A stretch of 64,000 bases of DNA from Candidatus Bathyarchaeota archaeon (GCA_963714275.1 CAVQNT010000006.1:192001-256000); one strand, 5' to 3'. Shown: positions 8,409 to 20,588, numbered from the stretch's first letter. Made by a program: numbers and translations. Notes: a model not told the origin generated them from the sequence alone.

Positions 8409-9129
8409 TTGGTCTTGAATCCTCTTGAAAAGTTCAAGGTTGACGTTCGGAAAATTGAGGAACGGCGAGATGACTCTTGGATTGACATGAGTTTACGGGG
8501 GCTCAGGAAAGGCGAGGTTCGATTTTACCGCGTCAACGATCCTTTAACGGGTCAGTGGCTGTTCAAAGTTTGCAGAGACGAAGAGATGCAGCGGACAATC
8601 ATTAAAGCCATAAAATGCCCAGCTGGAGCAGGCTTTACCCAGCTGGAAGGTCGCACTATGCTTTTCCAGAAAAGTCTGACGGAAGGTTATTGCTACGATG
8701 TTGTGTCGTTTTCTTACTTGGACAATGAGAAAAGGCTTCGCCGAAAAGTCGCGGAAAACATCGACGAGATACCTGAGGTGCTCAAAAATAGTTTCAGAGT
8801 CGTGGATTACGAAGAAGCCACTGGGAAGAAGGCTGTGGGAAAAAGCTTGGTTACGCTTTGCGAAGAAAGCGACGAAAAGAAGATGATTCTGCTTTTCCTA
8901 ATGGAAAGGGCTTGGCCTTTGTCCACTATTCCTCCGGAAGTAGGCGCTAGGATGGTTGACCTTTTAGACATGATTAAGAACCTCGAAAGAGCAGACTGTC
9001 GAGGACATCTACCGGACAGCTGAAGAGCAATACGAACTGGCAAGAGAGGATATAGACAGTATGCTCAATGTTCTTGAAACTGTAGGCAGAATTCAAAGAT
9101 CAGAACAATACATAAAAACAAAGGGATGA
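8409..9129 (+). CDS. Hypothetical protein (frameshift near 8995)
   Basis: 204-aa ORF continuing in a shifted frame to TGA 9127-9129. Confidence 0.65.
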
Positions 9130-9193
9130 CCAACATCCAATTTTTTAAGGTTCATTACTCTTAAATGCATCAACAAAAGTTTCCTATTGTGAC

Positions 9194-10751
9194 ATGGTGG
9201 GCGACCTTTTGAAAAACAGTGTCATAACAACCAACGAAATGCGTGCTTTGGAAGTGAACGCGGAATATTTCGGGGTCTCGAAGCTGCAGCTAATGGAAAA
9301 CGCTGGAAGAAACGTAGCCACAGAAATATCGTCTCGGTTTAAACCTAAAGAAACGAAGGTCGCAATCTTCTGCGGTTTAGGCGGAAATGGCGGAGATGGC
9401 TTCGTTGCAGCTCGACACCTTGCCTGCTTAGGCTTCAAAGTCGAAGTGTATCTGGCAGGAAAATCGGTCCAGATAGTTGATGTCAACGCCCAAAAAAATT
9501 GGGAAGCACTAACGCCCCTAAAAGAATCTGTTCCCTTGCATGAAATCTACGATTCTTCTCTTTTTACAGAGGTCAAGGCTGACGTTCTGGTCGACGCTCT
9601 TCTCGGGACAGGCTTAAAGGGACCTCCTAGACCACCAATCTCGAGCCTCATAAAACTGCTGAACGAAGCAAAGGGATTCCGTGTAGCTGTTGACATCCCA
9701 AGTGGGCTTGAGTCTGACTCCGGCAAAGTTTTGGGTGAAGCTGTAAAAGTGGACCTAACAATCACCTTTCATAAAGCAAAACTTGGACTATCTGAGGCTA
9801 AAAAGTACACTGGCGAGCTGGTAATTAGTGGAATAGGAATTCCTGAAGAGATTGAGAAATTCGCTGGTCCCGGCGACGTCATGGTAATCATGGAACCGAG
9901 ACCTTCAGAGTCTCATAAAGGGGATTTTGGTAGGCTTCTCGTGATTGGCGGAAGTGAGACATACTCAGGCGCCACAGTCTTCGTAGCGTTAGTCTGCTTT
10001 AAGAACAGGTATAGATTTGGCTTACATTGCTGCGCCACGTGAAACAGCTTATGCAATCTCTTCTATGTCGCCTGATCTCATTACGCTGAAGCTAGACGGG
10101 GACTACTTGAATACTGAAAATTTATCCGTTGTGAGGCGTGACCTTGAAAAGGCGACAGCTGTTGTCTTAGGTCCCGGTTTAGGGCTACACAAGGAAACTC
10201 AGGATGCGGTGAAAGAAATTTTGAAGGTTATCGAGGCGAAGAAGATACCTTTATTGTTGGACGCTGACGCCCTGAAAGCCTTCGCAGAATTCAGACATAG
10301 ACTGGAAACGCCGACTGTTTTGACACCTCACGCTGGCGAATACGAGATTCTTACAAAAACCAAGCTTCCCCAAAGCACACACGGAAGAATCGAGCTCGTC
10401 AAGCAAGCAGCCCAAGATCTTGACGCGGTTATTTTGTTGAAGTCGCATGTGGACATAATCACAGACGGGTATAGAGTGAATCTGAATTTCACGGGAAACC
10501 CAGGCATGACAGTTGGCGGAACAGGCGACGTGTTATCAGGCATTGTGGGAGCTTTTCTCGCCCGTGGCGTTGCGCCGTTCGAGGCTGCTGTAGCTGGAGC
10601 ATTCATTAATGGTGCAGCAGGCGATTTCGTGAAGGCGGAGAAAGGGCATCACATGGTTGCTTCGGACCTGCTTAGCTGGATACCTAAAGTTATGGACAAT
10701 CCTATGTGCCATTTGGAACTTAAGAAGGGCTGTGTTCCGAAAGACTTTTGA
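9194..10751 (+). CDS. nnr: Bifunctional NAD(P)H-hydrate epimerase/dehydratase (frameshifted)
   Basis: LMENAG, GNGGDG, DALLGTG, HKGDFG, GPGLG, TPHAGE and GGTGDVLSG motifs. Confidence 0.92.
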
Positions 10752-10781
10752 GCGTCGATATTCTAGGTTTGCTTTCACCGT

Positions 10782-11585
10782 GTGGTTTCAATGCAGTTTG
10801 ACGTGGCTTTGCCGTCTGCAGTTTTTCTGATTATCGTAGCCTCTGTCCTTTTATACAGAAGGATCGAGAAATCGTTTTCACCATTGCTTGATGATAGGAA
10901 ATATTCTACCCGCGACGTACTTCTGATGGTTGTGGCGATGGGATTAATGGTCTCGGCGATTGCGTTCCTTCCCGGTCAGGCAATACAGATTGGGTTCATC
11001 GGGGCTTATTCGTACATGCTTTTTGTATTCGCATACATGACTTTGAAAAAGTGGTATCTTGCTTTAGTGGCGCCTATTGTTTTTTTGGTATCCTACTTTT
11101 GTTTCTGGCATCTTGCAGTGTACAACCTTTTCGTGGTTGTTTTTGCTGTGGTCATCACGATTCAAATGAGCAGCCTGTTCACGTGGAGATCAGTTGGAGC
11201 TTTTGCAGCCATTTTGACCATTATGGACATCTTTCACGTTTACGTAACGGGGTTCATGAAGCAAGCAGCAACCGAGATGATTGAACTAAAACTACCAGTT
11301 TTATTAATACTTCCCAGGGTTCCGTCTGGAAACCTGATCGGCTTAGGACTTGGAGACCTCTTTCTGGGGGGATTACTAGCTGTTCAGACAGCGAAAAAGC
11401 TTGGGCAAAAGGCAGGAATCCTCGTTGCCGCAATGAATGGCGTCGCCATGTTCATCTTTGAAATAATATCGTTAAACACAAACTTCGCTGAGTTCTTCCC
11501 TGCAACAATTATTGTCGTAGCTGCGTGGCTAGCAAGCTTAGGAGTCATCTGGCTAACAACTTTTAAGCGAAAACAACTTGCATAA
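10782..11585 (+). CDS. Presenilin/signal-peptide-peptidase family intramembrane aspartic protease
   Basis: Multi-TM protein with the Asp of IMDIF, GLGLGDL (GxGD) and a PAL-like FPAT motif. Confidence 0.75.
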   Translation: MVSMQFDVALPSAVFLIIVASVLLYRRIEKSFSPLLDDRKYSTRDVLLMVVAMGLMVSAIAFLPGQAIQIGFIGAYSYMLFVFAYMTLKKWYLALVAPIVFLVSYFCFWHLAVYNLFVVVFAVVITIQMSSLFTWRSVGAFAAILTIMDIFHVYVTGFMKQAATEMIELKLPVLLILPRVPSGNLIGLGLGDLFLGGLLAVQTAKKLGQKAGILVAAMNGVAMFIFEIISLNTNFAEFFPATIIVVAAWLASLGVIWLTTFKRKQLA

Positions 11586-11619
11586 AAAAATTATTATTAA
11601 GGGTTGTTCAAAACTTAGC

Positions 11620-12831
11620 CTAGTTTTTATTATTTGCCTTTATGTATTGTTCGATTCTTTTGAGTCCTTCCTTAATGTTTCCCTCAGAAGTCGCATACGA
11701 GAATCTTATGTGTTCACCTTCGCCCTTGTTCCTGTGACCAAAGTGGATGTCCGACAACACGGCTACTCCCGCATTGTGGAGAAGGTTCTTTCTGAATTCC
11801 TCTGAATCCTTTACCCCAACAAGCTGGCAGGCTTTTGTCACGTTTGGCCAAGCGTAAAAGGCGCCGCCAGGCTTTAAGCACTTTACGCCTTCAATCCTGT
11901 TAAGCCCTTCGACTATGAGGTCACGTCTTTTTTTGAAGCTCAACATCATTTTTTTAGAATCATCCTGCGACCCACTTAAGGCTGCTAGGGCTGCGTACTG
12001 GTTCGGATGGGCAGCGCACGAATCCGTGTTTGTGACCCACTTTGCTAGGTGCGGGGCAAGCTTCTCGTTCGACGCGTAGCCGATTCTCCAACCTGTCATG
12101 GCGTATGCTTTCGACGCGCCGTCGACGATGACGGTTCTTTCCTGCATTCCAGGGATTGAGGCGATGCTTTCGAATTTGCTGTCGTGCACCATTCGGGAGT
12201 ATACCTCGTCCGAAAAGACCCAAAGGTTGTCGTATTGCTGAACAATGTCTGCGATGGCTTTCAATGTCTTCCTGTTTAAGACACCTCCCGTTGGGTTTTG
12301 GGGAGAGTTCAGGATGAGTAACCTTGTCTTTTTGTTGACTTTGCTTTTTAGATATTCTATGCTGAAGCTGTAGCCTTTGCTTTCGATGAGAGGAAGAGGA
12401 ACAGGCGTGGCGCCGTTTGCGACTATCTGAGACTCGTAAATCGGGAAGCCAGGATTAGGGTAAAGCACCTCATCGCCTTTCCCAAAATCGGTGACTGAAA
12501 GAACCGTGTATCCTATAAACGGTTTAGCGCCGTTCGACACAACAACCGATTCAGGTTTCACGCTGATTTTTCTTGTTTCAGACACGTATTTGGCGATGGC
12601 TTCTCTTAGTTCTGGAATTCCAGGTGAGGCGGTGTATCCGGTTTTTCCTTCTTTTATTGCTTTGATTGCAGCTTGCTTTATGTATTCAGGGGTGTCAAAG
12701 TCAGGTTGCCCTATGCAGAAGTTCACGACGTTTTTTCCTTGGCTTATTAGCTCGTTCACTTCTTTCAAGACTACGAAGGCATTTTCGGTGCCTAAGCTTT
12801 TGGTTCTTTCCGAAATTTCCAACATTTTCAC
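11620..12831 (-). CDS. Class I/II PLP aminotransferase (aspartate aminotransferase-like)
   Basis: GQPDF, NSPQNPTG, SDEVY, SKAYAMTGWRIG. Confidence 0.92.
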   Translation of the reverse strand: MKMLEISERTKSLGTENAFVVLKEVNELISQGKNVVNFCIGQPDFDTPEYIKQAAIKAIKEGKTGYTASPGIPELREAIAKYVSETRKISVKPESVVVSNGAKPFIGYTVLSVTDFGKGDEVLYPNPGFPIYESQIVANGATPVPLPLIESKGYSFSIEYLKSKVNKKTRLLILNSPQNPTGGVLNRKTLKAIADIVQQYDNLWVFSDEVYSRMVHDSKFESIASIPGMQERTVIVDGASKAYAMTGWRIGYASNEKLAPHLAKWVTNTDSCAAHPNQYAALAALSGSQDDSKKMMLSFKKRRDLIVEGLNRIEGVKCLKPGGAFYAWPNVTKACQLVGVKDSEEFRKNLLHNAGVAVLSDIHFGHRNKGEGEHIRFSYATSEGNIKEGLKRIEQYIKANNKN

Positions 12832-12977
12832 TCACCTATTCTGAAATTATGCTTCAGCTTAAACTCCTGATTGTGCCGCAATAAATTTGCGCACGTAATT
12901 CAAAAACCTTTCGCTTAGATTCATAAATGAATTTATGCAGAAAACTCGTAGAAGCAGATTAAGTAAGGAAAATAGTT

Positions 12978-14210
12978 TTACGAGCCTGCAAGTGTTTCTG
13001 GTGTAGCTGGATTTCCTGGTCCGAAATGTTTTAGAACAACGAGGTTTTCGGTGTTGCTTTTGTTAACGACTTCGACTCCGTCTTTTGCTGCTTCCACTGT
13101 GACGAAAAGTTCGTCCTCGGTGAGTTCGCCGTACATTACCATCGTTGGGCATTCAACGTCGAACATGCCTATTGTTCCGTGTCCTTGAATGACGATTAAT
13201 CCGTAAGCTGCCTCGTCCCTTATCTTCACTGTTGACTTGGGAAGAACTGTCAGTTTCTTGGCGCTGAACTCATCGGTTCCATACGCAATCCACTTATGCG
13301 TGTATCCCTCTTTTCTGGTTTCTTCAGGTTTCCCGATGAACTTTGGTTCCGCGTAATGGTGTCTCTTAAATTCTGGGTCGACGTTCACTTCCCAGTCTAT
13401 CATGCCGACAATATAGTCCAAGTCGTCGCGGTGTTCGGGTGGGACATTCTTTAACAAAAGGTCTTTTGAAACTGGTCTATCCTCAAGTGTTGACTGGTAC
13501 ATTGAAGCAACGTCTGAGGCTTTCTGCACCTCATAAGTGACGTATGTGCCCGGCGCGTGAAGAATGCCTGCTTGTATCAACCAGCCTGTTTCGGGCATGA
13601 GTTTATAGGCTTTGGAGTAAGCAAGAATTCCGTTGTCTCCTCGGTCCCATTTTTGAATACATTTCTTAATGTCATCTTTTGTTGTTTCAGGATTTAACCC
13701 CAAGAAAGTATACGGGAACCTTCCTTCAATGACATTAAGCTGAGCCGGGAAATAGTAGGCTTCGGGTTTTGAGACTTGACCGACCAAACGTGCGTGTTCT
13801 TCTCTTTGATGTATGTGAAAAGGAATTGGACCTGCATTGTCGAAGAACTTTGTCAGAACAGTCCAACCGCCATACTTATGCATCACGTTTTTGCCAAGTA
13901 TTGTTTCTCCGAGCTCGGTTACAGTTTCTTTCAGCAATATTTTTTCGGTCTTGGTGCCGTCCTTTGCGATAATGTAGCTTAAGCCTTCATAGTCGGGCGC
14001 TCCGGGATTGTCAGCTTTGACTGTGGAAGCAAGCCACCTTTCGTCAATGCCTCCCCTTTGAACACCGAGGGCGTAAAGGTCTTCGAGAGCTAACTTGAGT
14101 CTTCCTCCAGGAGTCAAAAATACCCTAGGCACCCACGTTGGAGCTAATCTGACTATTCCATCCCCGTCTTCAAAAGCCTTAACGGCAAGGTTAATTTTCA
14201 CCTTTTTCAC
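12978..14210 (-). CDS. Cupin-fold mannose-6-phosphate isomerase-like protein
   Basis: KFFD..PIPFHIHQ...KPEAYYF...AGILHAPG...EVQKASD metal-ligand pattern. Confidence 0.7.
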   Translation of the reverse strand: MKKVKINLAVKAFEDGDGIVRLAPTWVPRVFLTPGGRLKLALEDLYALGVQRGGIDERWLASTVKADNPGAPDYEGLSYIIAKDGTKTEKILLKETVTELGETILGKNVMHKYGGWTVLTKFFDNAGPIPFHIHQREEHARLVGQVSKPEAYYFPAQLNVIEGRFPYTFLGLNPETTKDDIKKCIQKWDRGDNGILAYSKAYKLMPETGWLIQAGILHAPGTYVTYEVQKASDVASMYQSTLEDRPVSKDLLLKNVPPEHRDDLDYIVGMIDWEVNVDPEFKRHHYAEPKFIGKPEETRKEGYTHKWIAYGTDEFSAKKLTVLPKSTVKIRDEAAYGLIVIQGHGTIGMFDVECPTMVMYGELTEDELFVTVEAAKDGVEVVNKSNTENLVVLKHFGPGNPATPETLAGS

Positions 14211-14336
14211 CGTGACCCATAGAAAAGGCTGAATTATTATAAAAACTTATTTCCGTTTCAGGCGAAAACGAATTTGTTCCGTCAATTGTTATTTTCCAGT
14301 AACGGATAAAAGAGTCTAAATCCCAATGAAGCTGAA

Positions 14337-15356
14337 GTGAACCTTTTAATGGTGGAAATTAAACATAAACGAAAGCCAAAGGCTTTAGTTCTGCTTTCAG
14401 GCGGCTTGGACAGTATGCTTGCTACAAGGCTCATGCTGGATCAGGCGGTTGAAGTCGAAGCAGTGCATTTCAGGACTCCCTTCTCTGGGCAAAACGAACC
14501 ATTCGTTGAAAGTTTCTGTAAAGAATCTGGCATCAAGCTTCACAAAATCATGCTGGATGACGAATTTCTCGAAATCGTCGTGGCGCCAAAGCATGGGTAC
14601 GGAAGCCAGATGAACCCCTGCATCGACTGCAGGATACTCGAACTAAAGAAAGCCAAAGAACTAGCTGAAAAAGTTAGGGCAGACTTTCTCGTAACCGGAG
14701 AAATCTTGGGCGAAAGACCTTTCTCGCAAAGAAAAGACATGATGCTGCACATCGAAAGAGAAGCTGATTTAGAAGGGAAGGTACTAAGGCCATTGTCAGT
14801 AAGCTTTTACCTGAAACTGAACCAGAGAAAAATGGTTATGTGAACAGTGAAAAACTTCATGCGATTAAAGGAAGAAGAAGAACACCTCAAATGACGCTGG
14901 CTAAGGAACTGGGAATAGTTGAGTACCCGAATCCAGCGGGGGGCTGTCTTCTCACGGAACCAAGGTTCGCTGACCGCTTAAGAGAACATCTTGAACACGA
15001 AAAAAGGCTGACAGCAATGGACACTGAGACTTCTGAGGATTGGTCGGCACTTCAGAATAAGCAATACAAAAGTCATCGTTGGACGAAACGAGGAAGAAAA
15101 TAAAAAACTTTTGTTAGCTGCAAAAAGAGACAACGACCTTTCAACTTTGGAGGTTAAGGACTACATGGGACCTGTAACGGTCCTAGTCGGAGAAGCCAGC
15201 ACTGAAACAATAGAGAAAGCTTCAGCGATTACTGTTCGTTACTCGGACGCGCCAAAAGACGCTTCTATAACTTTAGGATATAATGGTGTGAACGGAAAAA
15301 AGAACATAGAAACTGAAGTTATGTCAGATAGCGAACTAAGGCAATTCAGTGTCTAG
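14337..15356 (+). CDS. ThiI/MnmA-like PP-loop tRNA thiolation family protein (frameshifted)
   Basis: LLSGGLDS, NPCIDC, TGEILGERPFSQR and PAGGCLLT across three track ORFs. Confidence 0.8.
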
Positions 15357-15944
15357 CACGGTGGAATTTTTGAAAACGAAGACTGGGCTTGTAGATTACC
15401 ACGTTCACTCAACCTTTTCGTATGACGGCAGATCTTCGATTAACGATTTATGTAAAAGAGCGGCTGAATTAAAATTCCGCGAGATTGGTTTTTCGGAGCA
15501 TGTGGACTTTGACCCTTCTGATGGAGGATTCGGTTTTTTCAATAACAACAAATACGAATCTGCTGTAAAGGAGGCCCAGCAGCTTTTCAAAGACAAACTG
15601 GTGATACGAAGAGGAGTGGAGATAGACTACCAGACCCGTTTCGAGGAACAAATCCTTCGAATTCAGAATATCAGATGAAATTGGATTCAATACTGGAAGA
15701 GGTTAGAGACAGAAAAATCTTTCTTGAAATAAACACGAAGCCTTCCGATCATAGACGTGGTTTTCATGAGACTTTACCAAGTAAAAAGGCAATTAGAAGA
15801 TACCTTAGCTATAATGGGAAACGCTTCTCCATAGGGTCAGACGCTCATATTAAGCATGAGCTAGGCAGCGGAATCAGAGAGGCGTTTGATTTTCTGGCGA
15901 GAAACAGCCAAAAAGATATTGTTTTACTTTTTCAAAAAGAATAA
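15349..15944 (+). pseudogene. PHP-family (histidinol phosphatase-like) protein with apparent internal deletion
   Basis: DYHVHS, SEH, GVEID, LEINT and IGSDAH are present. The central GSVH/HxD segment is missing at the 15660-15678 junction. Confidence 0.65.
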
Positions 15945-15997
15945 GTCAGTCACTTAAACTACAATTGAACCCATTAAACGAACTGTTGCAGAGAAAT

Positions 15998-16123
15998 CTA
16001 TTTTCGAACGTATTCACGGAACTTCTTGCCACAGTGCTCATAGAGCTTAACGTGGACTTTTGGGCTTAGATCCCATTCTTTAATGGGTTTCTTGATATCC
16101 ACTCCACAGTCTGGACATTTCAT
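15998..16123 (-). CDS. Cren7-like small zinc-ribbon protein (41 aa)
   Basis: Manual translation MKCPDCGVDIKKPIKEWDLSPKVHVKLYEHCGKKFREYVRK*; GGAG RBS upstream. Confidence 0.7.
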   Translation of the reverse strand: MKCPDCGVDIKKPIKEWDLSPKVHVKLYEHCGKKFREYVRK

Positions 16124-16838
16124 TCTATTCAATTCTCCATTGCCTCAATATATTGCATGGTCTTCTTATATCTTTCCATACCAGAATCTTGATATGAATA
16201 CTGTCATTGTTACATGGTAAAAGCAAGTTACAGCTTACGTCATTAATACCAAATGAGTATGCAGACCATAAAATATACGAAAAATTTACGTTAGCCTTTT
16301 CTGGGATTCTTTTAAAAATATGTATCATTTGATTGTCGGTTTCTTCAGGATTTATCTGGTCTGATTTGTGTGAAATTCGAGTTTTTCATTTGTGTGACAA
16401 TGTTAGAGTTCATAAAAAAAACTGTTTGTGGCATGTTTGGTCATTTTTTTATGTTGGTTTCTGGACTGTACAGAAATATTTCTAAAAAAACTGGACGAAT
16501 CGTTGAGAAACAATTGATTCTATCTAAGAATGGTAATACATGATTTAAAAGCGAAAAATGTTTGATTGTTCGACATAATTGTCGGATATACTAAAAAGGG
16601 GCGAGAAGAAACATCCTCTTAAGTTTTCATTTTTTTACAGTTTCGTTGGGCTTTCTCGGAAAGAGATAAGCTACTGTTTCTTAATTATCGGTTAGGGTCT
16701 GAACAAAACTTTGATGGCTAACTAGCTTTTGTCTGGTCCTTCGTAGACTATTGCTTTCATATGTTATCAATCCGTAACAAAGTTTTCATAAATGGTGCTA
16801 CCGAATTACACATAAATCATATCACAAAGGCATTTCTA

Positions 16839-17652
16839 TCAAAGAATTGACTTTATGTATCTAATGCCTTCCTTGACCCACTTATCTTCCTCTGCAATTG
16901 TTTCCTGTACAGTTTCTTTTCTGCCCATGAACTGCTCTAAGAGAATATCTGGTTCTCGACCTGCATGCCTTAAGGTATTGAGTACAGCCTTTGTGTTAAG
17001 CATTCCTGTTCCTAACGGTACGCCGAAGATTGTGAATCCACTCACTTCCTTGCGTTGTATTCGATAGTCCTTTAGATGAAGACACATTGCATAGGGCGCA
17101 AGAATCTTGACGGTTTCAAGCGGCTTTTCCAAAAGCCCTGTAGAGTTTACAACATCGACGCAGGCTCCGAAAAAGGGGCTGTCGACCTTCGCGAAAATCT
17201 CTGCAAGTTCTTGACTAGCATAAAGCCAGAGGCTGCTGTTTTCGACAGCCAACATTAGATCTTCCATTTGAAGAACGGGCAGAAAATCGCGTATTCTCTG
17301 AACTATCCTTGAAACAGGCTCTTTTTCCGTTGGGTAAACTCGTACCAAGGGGGCATGCGTCAGTTTGGCCATTTTCACGTATTTTTTTAGAACATGCATG
17401 TCCATACCTGTAGCACCCAGTTCCAACTTTATATCAAGATCGTCCGCGGTCTTACCAATCTTTTTAAGTTCTTTGTCTGCCAAGTTGAGGTCGACGTTCT
17501 CGCATATTTGAACCACCTCTAATCCGAGCTCTGCAACCTTTTGTACAAGTTCAAATGGTTTCATTGGTTTCTCAATCGTCATAGAGTCCCCGAATCTTTT
17601 GTCTCCCCCAACAGCCCACCGGTAAGTGTAGACTCGTTATGCCAAGCTTCAT
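16839..17652 (-). CDS. Sugar phosphate isomerase/epimerase (xylose isomerase-like TIM barrel), frameshift near start
   Basis: LAVEN, CVDVVN, LHLKDY, LGTGML and LLEQ metal-binding motifs. Confidence 0.8.
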
Positions 17653-17768
17653 TTTTTTCACCATTATGTCACTGCATTAATTTGATGTTGTTTTTTTATT
17701 ATAAAATGGGTTCTATACCCAATCTTCTATGATCGTTTATTAATACGACGCTGAGGGCTAGCTCACTA

Positions 17769-18514
17769 TTAGATGGGTAAGTTGAAAAATTTAGCAGACT
17801 GTTTTTCCTAGGCACCATTCTCACTCTTCCTCAGCGAGACCCATTGTCCTATATTTCACCAATTCTGTCGCAACGTTTTCGCCACTGTCAGAACCGAACA
17901 TGACACGGTCTGCCCCAATGGTCTTGCAGTAATTGTAGATGCTGATGTTTGGCAACCAGCTTGTCTCCAAGTAAACATTGGGGCATAGCTGAGCTGCTAA
18001 AGATGCTTCATTCGAAAAAATCGAGCCTGCCACAATGTGCCAGAACAATCTTCAGGTTCCGAAACTCTTGAGCTATCGGAATTATGGCTGAGGGAAGCGC
18101 CCATGGGACTCCGGCTCCCGTGTGGACCATAACGGTGATTCCCAAATCCGATGCAGCTTGAAACACTTTTCGTCCCACTGATAGGTTGGGGTTGACTGCG
18201 TGAGCTAGTGGATGAAGTTTGACGGCTACGAAGCCCATGTTGTGGACGCATCTTTCCAGTTCTCTGCGGTATTCTTCCGTAGGAAGATGGGGGCTTGGGT
18301 TCGCCATTCCGAATATTCGGTTTGGCATTTTTTTCGAAAGGTCGGCAATGGTATCGTGTTGTTCCTTAACAGTTTTCAGGTTAAACGTCGTTCCTGGCTG
18401 AACTATGCTTGCGTCGATCTTGCCTGTTTCCATGCCTTTTAAAAGCCTTTCCAACGTGAAGTCTTCTTCGAAAACAGTGTCTTGCCCCAAATGCGTGTGA
18501 GCATCAACGATCAT
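17769..18514 (-). CDS. Amidohydrolase_2 family protein (frameshifted)
   Basis: DAHTH, VKLHP, VHTG, LAHCG, VYLETS, MFGSD. Confidence 0.85.
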
Positions 18515-18661
18515 TGAATATCTCCAATTAATTCTAGTATAGTGACTAATATTATTGTCAAAGAATTTATACGTTAAGTCAATTAATACTCGGTATTTTT
18601 TGTCTATTATTTAAAACATGATTTGTATAATTTAAAAACATGAACCTTATCTGTAGAAGGT

Positions 18662-19075
18662 GTGAGGTGCAACAAGTTGCCATATGTTCCCCCAGAAGAC
18701 GCAAACAACAAACTCGTTGACACAATAAAGGAAATTAAAGCCCGTAAGGGTTTGCCGCCTTGGAGAGAAAAAGTTATCGCCACGCCCCGTGTGAGGATAC
18801 TCGTTCACTGCTGGCCAATAGATTTTGGTCACCCGAAACATTACCATCCGAGGGCTGATGAAATCTGGTACGTTTGCGAAGGGCAACTTAAAGTTTCATT
18901 TAACAGTGGCAAACCGATTGTCGCTGGTCCAGGAAGTATCCTCTTTGCGGAAAAAGGCACTGCGCATGACATGGAATCTGTAGGTAAAGTTCCTCTTATG
19001 ATGCTTTGCTTTGTCACGCCCAATGAAGCCGACGACGAAATATCGTTTTCAGACAAAAAAATGGAATTCCCTTGA
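18662..19075 (+). CDS. Cupin domain protein
   Basis: HYHPRADEIWYV...GTAH cupin motifs. Confidence 0.85.
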   Translation: MRCNKLPYVPPEDANNKLVDTIKEIKARKGLPPWREKVIATPRVRILVHCWPIDFGHPKHYHPRADEIWYVCEGQLKVSFNSGKPIVAGPGSILFAEKGTAHDMESVGKVPLMMLCFVTPNEADDEISFSDKKMEFP

Positions 19076-19122
19076 TAGTCAAAAAAATGATGATTGAAAT
19101 TTTTTCATGAAAACGACGTGTA

Positions 19123-19801
19123 TTAATGGGTCTTGTCTTGTAGTTCCGCGTCTTCGACAAACAGATATCCGGAGCTGCCTTCCCACACTATTCGGGCTTT
19201 ACGTATCTGAATCTTCTTTCTAAAAAAAGGCGCATCCAAAACAAGGGTTTCGTATTCTCCTCCTTCTCCGACAATCGATGTTTGAAATTTCGTGTTTAAC
19301 TCAACGAGATCATTCAGTGTTTCTCGGTCTATAGTTCTCCCGAGCCATTTCTGGTCTAAACCATGCGCATAAACGCCGATTATTATCGCATGAAATTTTA
19401 GGCTGATGAATTCGTTCAGCAATTTTACGGGGTCTTCATACCAAAGCGGAGTTATGGACTTGAGTCCCAGTTTCCTGCAGATTTCGTCTACTCTCGTTTT
19501 TTGGTATTGCGACGAGATTGCGCCTGAAACGACGCCGTCAACGTCAATCGTTCTTAGGAGATTTTCCAGGTCGCTGAGTTCTTCTTCTTTTTCGCCTTTC
19601 GTCTCAGCTTTTACGAGCGGTAAATCGGATGCCTCGGCGAAAAGTTCAGTTAGCCTAATGTTCGGGTAGTGGAACATCCAGCTGTCGGGTCGCTGAGGAA
19701 TCATCGTCACCAAACATTTCACGTCATATCCTGACTGTAGAGTCTCGGTAAAGCGCAAGTGCGGAATCTTTTCCTCCGCTGACTAAGGCAGCAACCTTCA
19801 T
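19123..19801 (-). CDS. Diphthine-ammonia ligase family (Dph6-like) PP-loop ATPase
   Basis: MKVAALVSGGKDS before a frameshift, SWMFH, GAISSQYQ, GEGGEYETLVLDAP. Confidence 0.88.
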
Positions 19802-20102
19802 CGCGCATCATTCTCAAAAGAAATTAAGGGCAAGGTTCTCATTAAGGTTCTCAGTTCATCCATGCGAATTCAAACTTTTAAGCTAGTCTGATTTATTCAA
19901 CATCTGAAAAGGTATTTTGAACAACAAATAGTGTCTTCTAGAGGCTGTCTGATTTGTGTAACATTCGAGTTTAATTTGCATGACAATAACCATAATAGTA
20001 GAGAATTCAATGACGAAAAACGACGTAATTCTTAAGACAAGAGAGACTTTCTTACATGATAAGCCTGCAGTGTTCCTGCATTACAACGGTGGTGAAACAG
20101 AC

Positions 20103-20588
20103 TTGACTCTTAAAACCGAGATTGCCCGTTGGGTTCAGGGTTGCGAGAGACTGGCAATCATGGGAATTGGGAACCCGTTGCGGGGAGATGATGGTGTAGG
20201 TGTCGAAATAGTAAATCAGCTCACTAACAAGGTTCCCGAGTGTGTAAAGCTTATTAATTGTGAAATGGTTCCAGAGAATTTTCTATCGGAGATTGAGGCA
20301 TATCAGCCCACGCACATGCTGATAATTGATGCAGCTGAACTGAAAGCCAAATCTGGAGAAACAAGACTTATTCTGCCAGAAAAAATGGTTGGGACCGCGT
20401 TTTCTACCCATATTATTCCGTTGTTGTTTCTAGCTGGTATAATCAATGAGGTCGTAAAATCGAAAATATTAGTCTTGGGAATCCAGCCATATAGCACAGG
20501 GTTTGGGGAGGAACTGTCTCCAGAGCTCCAGATGGCGACTAAAAAAATTGTTGAAGGGATTTCTAAAGCCTTAATGGAGATTAAGTGA
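20103..20588 (+). CDS. Hydrogenase maturation endopeptidase (HycI-like)
   Basis: GIGNPLRGDDGVG, PENF, IDAA, STH. Start placed at the TTG after a GGTGA RBS. Confidence 0.9.
   Translation: MTLKTEIARWVQGCERLAIMGIGNPLRGDDGVGVEIVNQLTNKVPECVKLINCEMVPENFLSEIEAYQPTHMLIIDAAELKAKSGETRLILPEKMVGTAFSTHIIPLLFLAGIINEVVKSKILVLGIQPYSTGFGEELSPELQMATKKIVEGISKALMEIK

Noticed and set aside
19095-19107. TGAAATTTTTTCA Lrp-like palindrome
   Set aside because: It lies between convergent gene ends in A/T-run terminator sequence, so it is probably coincidental.
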